Shown here: positions 57,305 through 64,000 of the stretch, in pieces
Layout: the number at the start of each line of letters is the position of its first letter
Numbering within the stretch: position 1 is the stretch's first letter
Assembly (NCBI GenBank): GCA_964291285.2
Contig: OZ219787.1
Span: forward strand, 1,632,001 to 1,696,000
Direction: 5' to 3'
DNA length: 64,000 nucleotides
From: Alphaproteobacteria bacterium
GTDB lineage: Bacteria; Pseudomonadota; Alphaproteobacteria; Bin95
Translations under genes and position numbers: made by a program
The notes under the pieces: generated by a model
What the model was told of the DNA's origin: nothing
Seen by the model: the letters and a program-made list of their open reading frames with translations, nothing else
Databases searched by the model: none

Positions 57305-60300
57305 ATGAGCGGAGGCTGGCAGTTCTGGATCGACCGGGGCGGAACCTTCACCGACATCGTGGCCCGGGGGCCGGACGGCGGCTATGTCACCCGCAAGCTG
57401 CTCTCCGAAGCCCCGGAGCATTACGACGACGCAGCACTCCAGGGCATCCGCGACATCCTGGGCGCGGAAGGCGATGCGCCGATCCCGCCCGACCGCGTCG
57501 AGGCGGTGCGGATGGGCACCACGGTTGCGACCAACGCGCTGCTGGAGCGCAAGGGCGAACGCACCCTGCTGGTGGTGACGAGGGGCTTCGCCGACCAGCT
57601 CCGCATCGGCTACCAGAACCGCCCGCGCCTCTTCGACCTGCATATCCGGCTGCCGGAAATACTCTACGAGGCGGTCGTCGAGGCGGACGAGCGCATGGGG
57701 CCGCACGGCGAGACCGTGCAGCCGCTGGACGAGGAGAAGCTGGCGGAGGACCTCGTGCGGGCGCACGGCGAGGGCTTCCGGGCGGTCGCCATCTGCCTGA
57801 TGCACGGCTACCGCCACACCGCCCACGAGGCCGCCGCGGAAGAGGTCGCGCGGCGCGCCGGCTTCGAGCAGGTCTCGGTCAGCCACAAGGTCTCACCGCT
57901 GATGAAGTTCGTCTCGCGCGGCGACACCACGGTGGTGGACGCCTATCTCTCGCCGATCCTGCGCCGCCATGTGGAGCGCATGGCAGCGGCGCTCGGGGGC
58001 GCGCGGCTGCTCTTCATGCAATCCAATGGCGGGCTGGTGGATGCGCGCCGCTTCCAGGGCAAGGATGCGATCCTCTCCGGCCCGGCGGGCGGCATCGTCG
58101 GCGCGGTCGAGACCGCGCGGGCGGCGGGCTTCGAGCGCATTATCGGCTTCGACATGGGCGGCACCTCGACCGATGTCTCGCATTATGCCGGCAGCTATGA
58201 GCGCGCCTTCGAGACCGAGGTCGCCGGCGTGCGGATGCGCGCGCCGATGCTGGACATCCACACCGTCGCCGCCGGCGGCGGCTCGATCCTGCATTTCGAC
58301 GGGCGGCGCTTCCGGGTCGGCCCCGACAGCGCAGGCGCGGACCCCGGCCCCGCCTGCTACCGGCGCGGCGGCCCGCTGACGGTCACCGACTGCAACCTCA
58401 TGCTCGGCCGGCTGCTGCCGGAGTTTTTCCCGCGGATTTTCGGCCCCGGCCGCGACGAGCCGCTCGACGTCGGGACCGTGCGCCGCGAGTTCGCCGCGCT
58501 TGCGGAGCGGATCGGCGACGGACGCACGCCGGAAGCGGTGGCCGAAGGCTTCCTGCGCATTGCGGTCGAGAACATGGCCAACGCCATCAAGCGCATCTCC
58601 ATCGAGCGCGGCCACGACGTCACCGACTATGCGCTCAACTGCTTCGGCGGGGCAGGCGGCCAGCATGCCTGCGCGGTGGCCGATGCGCTTGGCATCGAGA
58701 CGGTGCTGATCCACCCCTTTGCGGGCGTGCTCTCCGCCTACGGCATGGGCCTCGCCGACATCAGGGTGCTGCGTGAGACGGCGGTCGAGGCGCCGCTGTC
58801 CGGCATCGCCGAGGCGGAAGCGGCGTTCGAGCGGCTGGAAGCGCTCGCGCGGGACGAGATGGCGGCCCAGGGCGTGCCGCCCGAGCGAATCGAGGCCTTT
58901 CGCCGGCTCCACGTGCGCTATGACGGCACCGACTCCCCGCTGACCGTGCCGTTCGGCCCGGAAGCGGAGGTACAGGCGGCGTTCGAGGACCAGCACCGGC
59001 AGCGGTTCGGCTTCGTCTCGGAGACCAAGGGGCTCGTCATCGAGGCGGCGGCGCTCGAACTTGTGGGCCACACCGACAGGGCAGGGGAACCCGCCATTGC
59101 CGGAGGCGGCGAGCCGGCTCCGGCGGCGGAGACCCGGTTGTTCGCCGACGGCCGGATGCAGGAGGCCGCCGTTCATGTCCGGGCGAAGCTCGGCTCCGGA
59201 AGCCGCGTGGCCGGTCCGGCGGTGATCGTGGAGGACACGGCGACCACCGTCGTCGAGCCGGACTGGGAGGCCCGGCTGACGGAGAGCGGCAACCTGCTGC
59301 TGCGGCGCGTCCGGCCGCTCGCGCGCAAGGCGCCGTCGGGCACGGAGGCCGACCCCGTGCTGCTCGAAGTGTTCAACAACATGTACATGTCGGCGGCGGA
59401 GCAGATGGGCGCCACCCTGGCGGCGACCGCCTCGTCGGTGAACATCAAGGAGCGGCTCGACTTCTCCTGCGCCATATTCGACCCCGACGGCGAGCTGGTG
59501 GCCAACGCGCCGCATATCCCGGTGCATCTCGGCTCCATGTCGGAATCCGTGCAGTCGATCATCCGCTCCCGCGCCGGGACGATGGAGCCGGGCGACGTGT
59601 TCATGCTGAACGCGCCCTACAATGGCGGCACGCACCTGCCCGACGTGACGCTCATCACGCCGGTGTTCGCGCCCGGCGGCGGCGCCATCTGGTTCTATGT
59701 CGCGAGCCGCGGCCACCATGCCGATATCGGCGGCATCACGCCGGGCTCCATGCCGCCCGACAGCCGCCATATCGAGCAGGAGGGCGTGCTGTTCGACGAT
59801 GTGCGGGCGGTGCGCGGCGGGCGTTTCCTCGAAGACGAGGTGCTGGCGATGCTGGAGGGCGCGCGCTATCCGGCGCGCAACCCGGCCGAGAACCTCGCCG
59901 ACTTCCGCGCCCAGATTGCCGCGAACCAGAAGGGCGTGGAGGAGCTGCACAAGATGGTGGCGCATTTCGGGCTGGATACCGTCCAGGCCTATATGCGCCA
60001 CGTGCGCGACAATGCCGAGGAGAGCGTGCGCCGGGTGCTGGACGCGCTCCGGCCCGGCAGCTTCGAGATCGAGACCGACCAGGGCTGGCGGATTGCGGTG
60101 GACGTTTCCATCGACAGGGAAGCGCGCCGGGCTGTGCTCGACTTCTCGCGCTCATCCGACCAGGTGGACGGCAATTTCAACGCGCCGACGGCCGTGTGCA
60201 TGGCGGCGGTGCTCTACGTCTTCCGCTGCCTCTGCGGGGTCGATATCCCGCTCAATGCCGGCTGCCTGAAGCCGCTGGACATTCGCGTGAAGGAGCCGTC

Positions 60301-60883
60301 GATTCTGCGGCCCCACTATCCCGCCGCGGTGGTGGCCGGCAATGTCGAGACCTCGCAATACATCACCGACACGCTGTTCGGCGCGCTGAACGCCGTGGCC
60401 GAGTCCCAGGGGACGGTCAACAATTTCACCTTCGGCAATGCGCGCTACCAGTATTACGAGACCATCTGCGGCGGCTCCGGGGCGGGCGACGGCTTCGACG
60501 GGGCGCATGCCGTGCATGTCCACATGACCAACACGCGCCTCACCGACCCGGAAATCCTGGAATGGCGCTACCCGGTGCGCCTGGAGAGCTTCGAGATCAG
60601 GCGGGGAAGCGGCGGCGGAGGACGCTGGCGGGGCGGGGACGGCGTCCGCCGCCGGGTCCGCTTCCTGGAGCCCATGACGGCCGCAATCCTCTCCAGCCAC
60701 CGCCGCGTGCCGCCCTACGGCCTCGCCGGCGGCGAGAGCGGCGCGCCGGGCCGCAACAGCGTCGTCAGGACGGACGGCAGCGTGGAAACCCTGCTCGGCG
60801 CCGACCGCACGGAAATGAACACCGGCGACATCTTCATCATAGAGACGCCGGGCGGCGGCGGCTGGGGCGCGGCGGAGGGGTAA
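57305..60883 (+). CDS. Fused ATP-dependent 5-oxoprolinase (hydantoinase A+B)
   Basis: [56 protein letters not shown]. Confidence 0.94.
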   Translation: MSGGWQFWIDRGGTFTDIVARGPDGGYVTRKLLSEAPEHYDDAALQGIRDILGAEGDAPIPPDRVEAVRMGTTVATNALLERKGERTLLVVTRGFADQLRIGYQNRPRLFDLHIRLPEILYEAVVEADERMGPHGETVQPLDEEKLAEDLVRAHGEGFRAVAICLMHGYRHTAHEAAAEEVARRAGFEQVSVSHKVSPLMKFVSRGDTTVVDAYLSPILRRHVERMAAALGGARLLFMQSNGGLVDARRFQGKDAILSGPAGGIVGAVETARAAGFERIIGFDMGGTSTDVSHYAGSYERAFETEVAGVRMRAPMLDIHTVAAGGGSILHFDGRRFRVGPDSAGADPGPACYRRGGPLTVTDCNLMLGRLLPEFFPRIFGPGRDEPLDVGTVRREFAALAERIGDGRTPEAVAEGFLRIAVENMANAIKRISIERGHDVTDYALNCFGGAGGQHACAVADALGIETVLIHPFAGVLSAYGMGLADIRVLRETAVEAPLSGIAEAEAAFERLEALARDEMAAQGVPPERIEAFRRLHVRYDGTDSPLTVPFGPEAEVQAAFEDQHRQRFGFVSETKGLVIEAAALELVGHTDRAGEPAIAGGGEPAPAAETRLFADGRMQEAAVHVRAKLGSGSRVAGPAVIVEDTATTVVEPDWEARLTESGNLLLRRVRPLARKAPSGTEADPVLLEVFNNMYMSAAEQMGATLAATASSVNIKERLDFSCAIFDPDGELVANAPHIPVHLGSMSESVQSIIRSRAGTMEPGDVFMLNAPYNGGTHLPDVTLITPVFAPGGGAIWFYVASRGHHADIGGITPGSMPPDSRHIEQEGVLFDDVRAVRGGRFLEDEVLAMLEGARYPARNPAENLADFRAQIAANQKGVEELHKMVAHFGLDTVQAYMRHVRDNAEESVRRVLDALRPGSFEIETDQGWRIAVDVSIDREARRAVLDFSRSSDQVDGNFNAPTAVCMAAVLYVFRCLCGVDIPLNAGCLKPLDIRVKEPSILRPHYPAAVVAGNVETSQYITDTLFGALNAVAESQGTVNNFTFGNARYQYYETICGGSGAGDGFDGAHAVHVHMTNTRLTDPEILEWRYPVRLESFEIRRGSGGGGRWRGGDGVRRRVRFLEPMTAAILSSHRRVPPYGLAGGESGAPGRNSVVRTDGSVETLLGADRTEMNTGDIFIIETPGGGGWGAAEG

Positions 60884-60979
60884 GGCAGCCGAGATGATTC
60901 TGTAGCCAAACCAAAGACCCAACGTGACCTAAAGCTTCACCCATAAACGGTTGTAGGAACATACAGAAAGCGAACTTCA

Positions 60980-61918
60980 ATGCGTGTGTCCGATATAATG
61001 AAGCCCGATGGGCGGGTGTTTCTGAAGAGTGAATGGGGCCAGATAAGTGACGAGTGGCCTTGCCTTTCCTTTACTAAACGATCCGTCGGAGATCGGCTTC
61101 GGCGCGAGTTTGTTGCTGGAAGGGATGTGCTTATCTACGTTGGAACCACTAATGCTGAGATGACCCGGCTACCAGAGCATCGCAGCCGCCTCATCTCCGC
61201 TGTCGTTATTGAGCCGAAGCAGATACTCGAGACCAGAAAAATCGTTCCCCCAGAAGTTTGGCAAAGATCAAAAGCTCAATGGGCGGAGCGTTGGCCACAT
61301 TCCATGGCCGTCACCGAGGCCAACAATATTATCGGCCCGCCTTTTCCGGGGGCCCGCGACGTCATTCCGGTGGCTTATAGGTCGTTTGCGGAATTCGCTA
61401 ATAGGGGCAATGTTGTCGAAGCGCATGGCGAAGAACGAGAAGCGGTGCTGGAATTACCGATAGAACCCCTCGAACTGAACATTAGCGAGGATGTACGTGC
61501 GTACTTGGAACTTAGGAAGAGTGTTTCTCCAGAGGTTGATATGTCGATTAGACGCGAAGCGCTTAGGATGGCAGAACTTATCATCGAGCGTGTGAATCGT
61601 GGCGATGAGAAAAATATCCGAATTAATCCTCTGCGAACCGCACCGAACCTTTCCGATTTGAATGCACTTCTGATTCGAAAATGGAACGAGCAAGCAGGAG
61701 TTTGTATGCTCTGTGGTGGTAATTTGGTAACCGGTTGCTCTAACAAAATGTTGCAGCCTTCTGCGGATCGAGTTGACAGCGCTAATGGTGCATATGATGA
61801 TGAGAATGTTTGGATAACACATCTCGCTTGTAATTTAGCCAAGAACAAATACAGCCTAGAGGACTTTTCCAACTGGTTGTCTGTTGTCCGAGGAGACGCC
61901 TCCGAGCAAGACGAATAA
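60980..61918 (+). CDS. Putative HNH/His-Me finger endonuclease with uncharacterised N-terminal domain; lower GC
   Basis: C-terminal CMLC...PSADRVDSANGAYDDENVWITHLACNLAK; visibly AT-richer codon usage than neighbours. Confidence 0.65.
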   Translation: MRVSDIMKPDGRVFLKSEWGQISDEWPCLSFTKRSVGDRLRREFVAGRDVLIYVGTTNAEMTRLPEHRSRLISAVVIEPKQILETRKIVPPEVWQRSKAQWAERWPHSMAVTEANNIIGPPFPGARDVIPVAYRSFAEFANRGNVVEAHGEEREAVLELPIEPLELNISEDVRAYLELRKSVSPEVDMSIRREALRMAELIIERVNRGDEKNIRINPLRTAPNLSDLNALLIRKWNEQAGVCMLCGGNLVTGCSNKMLQPSADRVDSANGAYDDENVWITHLACNLAKNKYSLEDFSNWLSVVRGDASEQDE

Positions 61919-62010
61919 TCCCGTTTTCGCCTGTGTCTGAAAATGGGGGCGTGATCTCGATTGGCGACGAAGGGACCTGCGTCAAACGGTTTTACGCAAA
62001 GAGCTTGCAA

Positions 62011-62206
62011 GAGCCGATGGCGGCAGTCCCTTCCAGCCACCGTCAAGTGCCGCCCTACGGTCTGGCGGGCGAGGAGAGTAGCGGGTTGGGGCGCAACAGC
62101 GTACTCTGCACCGACGGCAGCACCGAGGTCCTGCTCGGCGCCGACCGCACGGAAATGAACACCGGCGACATCTTCATCATAGAGACGCCGGCGGCGGCGG
62201 CTGGGG
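62011..62206 (+). pseudogene. Degenerate direct copy of the oxoprolinase 3' end
   Basis: Aligns to 60668-60867; 62130-62191 identical to 60790-60851 (62 bp), then a 1-bp deletion frameshift. Confidence 0.92.
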
Positions 62207-62265
62207 ATCGGTGGAGGAATGAAGGGCGGCGTGTCAGCCGCTCCGATCCCTATTGAGGAGTGGAC

Positions 62266-62377
62266 GAAATGGAAGAATGCACCTAAATGAGCAGAAAATG
62301 GCAAAAATGCATGGAAATGAGCAGGAAATGATAAGAACGAGCAGAAAATGGCAAAAATGCACGGGAATGAGCAGGAA
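62266..62377 (+). repeat. 10-bp-periodic AAATG tandem repeat with 50-bp higher-order duplication
   Basis: GAGCAGAAAATGGCAAAAATGCA at 62289 and 62339; AATG recurs every 10 bp. Confidence 0.85.
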
Positions 62378-62387
62378 GTAATTTATC

Positions 62388-63926
62388 TTGAACAGCATAA
62401 CACGCGAAATGACCGATTTGCACGGCCGCGCATTGCCGGAACCGGCGGAGCCGGCTGGTTATTCGTGGCTGATCGACCGTTACGATCTCAATCTCCCCTT
62501 GCCTCCGCGACTATTCGCAATTGCCCGGCGCGACCACCCGCACTCGACGACCGACTGGTTGTTGTTGCCGCCCCCCCGCCGCCCTCAACCGACGCTGGCG
62601 GAGCATCTGGCGTTCGCCCTCCGGCGGGAAGGAATCGACCTTGCCGTGCTTGACGCCCTGTTTGCAGTCCTACCCGCCGGGGAGGTAGCGGCCGCGGTGC
62701 GCGCGCAGCCGGCCGGGGCGTTATCCCGCCGGCTCTGGTTCATCTACGAGTGGCTGACCGGCGAGCGGCTCGACCTGCCGGACGACAGCGCGGCGCGTTA
62801 TGTCCCGGCCGTGGACACGCGCCTGCAGTTTGCCCTCGAGGGTGGCGAGCGGTCGCGCCGCCACAAGGTGTTGGACAACCTGCCCGGTACGCCCGCCTTC
62901 TGCCCGATGGTGCGGCGCACGCCGGCGCTGGATGCGGCCCGCACCCTGCAACTCGACGCGCGCGCTCGCGACACCGCTGGCCGGGTGCATCCGGACCTGA
63001 TGGCGCGCGCGGCATCGTTCCTGCTGCTCAACGATACGAAGTCGTCCTTCGCCATTGAGGGCGAGCGGCCGTCGAATGTCCGCGCCGCCAAGTGGGGCCG
63101 GGCCATTGCCGAGGCCGGCCGGCGGGCGCCCGACCGCGCGGAACTGGAGCGCCTCCAGCGCATCGTCATCGAGGATGCGCGTTTCGTGCGGCTCGGCCTT
63201 CGCGACGAAGGCGGCTTCGTGGGGCTGCACGACCGGATCGACGGCTCGCCGCTGCCGGACCATGTCAGCGCCCGTCCGCAGGATTTGCCGGGATTGGTGG
63301 AAGGCATCGCCGCTTACTGCGCCCGCGCAGTCGCGGGCGGGTTGGACCCCGTGGTTGCGGCCGCGGCCGCGGCGTTCGGTTTCGTCTATGTCCATCCGTT
63401 CGAGGACGGCAACGGCCGTATCCACCGCTGGCTGATCCACCATGTGCTGGCGGCGGCGGGCTACACCCCGCCCGGAGTCGTGTTCCCGGTCAGCGCCGCT
63501 ATCCTGGAGCGCATCGAAGACTACCGCCGGGTGCTCGAAGCCCGCTCGTCCGCCCTGTTGCCCTTCATCGACTGGCGGGCGGCGGAGGGCGGCAATGTCG
63601 AGGTGCTGAACGACACGGCCGCCTTCTACCGCTATTTCGACGCGACGGCCCACGCCGAGTTCCTCTACGAGTGCATCGAACGGACGGTGGAAGAGGACCT
63701 GCCGCGCGAAATCCGCTTCCTCACCGCCTTCGACCGCTTCGCCGCCGGCGTGAAGGAGATAGCGGACATGCCGGACCGCCGGATGGAGCTGCTGCGCGGT
63801 TTCCTGGAGCAGAACCGCGGCAGGCTTTCGACGCGCGCCCGCAGCCGCGAGTTCGCCGCCCTGACCGACGAAGAGGCCGCCCGCGTCGAGCGGCTTTACG
63901 CGGAGAGCTTCGGGGAGGAGCCGTAA
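62388..63926 (+). CDS. Fic domain protein (class II, internal inhibitory motif)
   Basis: HPFEDGNGRIHR catalytic motif; SFAIEG fits (S/T)xxxE(G/N); start may be ATG 62409. Confidence 0.92.
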   Translation: MNSITREMTDLHGRALPEPAEPAGYSWLIDRYDLNLPLPPRLFAIARRDHPHSTTDWLLLPPPRRPQPTLAEHLAFALRREGIDLAVLDALFAVLPAGEVAAAVRAQPAGALSRRLWFIYEWLTGERLDLPDDSAARYVPAVDTRLQFALEGGERSRRHKVLDNLPGTPAFCPMVRRTPALDAARTLQLDARARDTAGRVHPDLMARAASFLLLNDTKSSFAIEGERPSNVRAAKWGRAIAEAGRRAPDRAELERLQRIVIEDARFVRLGLRDEGGFVGLHDRIDGSPLPDHVSARPQDLPGLVEGIAAYCARAVAGGLDPVVAAAAAAFGFVYVHPFEDGNGRIHRWLIHHVLAAAGYTPPGVVFPVSAAILERIEDYRRVLEARSSALLPFIDWRAAEGGNVEVLNDTAAFYRYFDATAHAEFLYECIERTVEEDLPREIRFLTAFDRFAAGVKEIADMPDRRMELLRGFLEQNRGRLSTRARSREFAALTDEEAARVERLYAESFGEEP

Positions 63927-63947
63927 TCCCCTCCCGGCGGCCTCTCG

Positions 63948-64000
63948 CTACAGCGCCGCGTAGCGCCTGAGGTGGTAGTCGTTGTCGCCGAAGCTGCGGT
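63948..64000 (-). CDS. 3' end of probable acyl-CoA dehydrogenase (partial)
   Basis: Manual translation RSFGDNDYHLRRYAAL*, resembling the FGDxxxHL ACAD C-terminus; only 16 codons visible. Confidence 0.45.
   Translation of the reverse strand, partial: RSFGDNDYHLRRYAAL

Noticed and set aside
61933-62256. 107-aa ORF as a real gene; its start SENGGVISIGDEGTCVKRFY faintly recalls the LexA/S24 DEATVKRF motif
   Set aside because: Most of it is the frameshifted oxoprolinase duplicate; the LexA-like stretch is too short to support

Overview
High-GC bacterial chromosome segment. Gene order (ispDF / ntrB-ntrC-ntrY-ntrX-trkA-dat-HAD-hfq-hflX, recG/sdhE-mfd, pheA-kdsB/cycM, def-fmt-truA, purD/xseA) points to an Alphaproteobacterium. 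Core blocks alternate with catabolic genes: DmdA-like GcvT with a GlxA regulator, 3-hydroxyanthranilate dioxygenase, TauD, a peptide-type ABC transporter, DUF1446/DUF4387, a CoA transferase, an LLM oxidoreductase and two hydantoinase/oxoprolinase systems. One tRNA-Pro(CGG) is present. The main unexplained signal is a dispersed intergenic element of about 0.5-0.7 kb, present three times (~7.65-8.15 kb +, ~20.19-20.71 kb -, ~50.44-51.12 kb -). Each copy has the same order: AT-rich sigma70-like promoter, GC-rich leader with three conserved hairpins, SD plus a variable short ORF (one begins like a terminase-small-subunit HTH), then 10-bp-phased CATGACA boxes. A second signal is a lower-GC HNH-type nuclease gene enclosed by a direct duplication of the oxoprolinase 3' end, followed by a 10-bp-periodic repeat and a class II Fic gene. 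Product calls come from motif recognition by eye; no searches were run.
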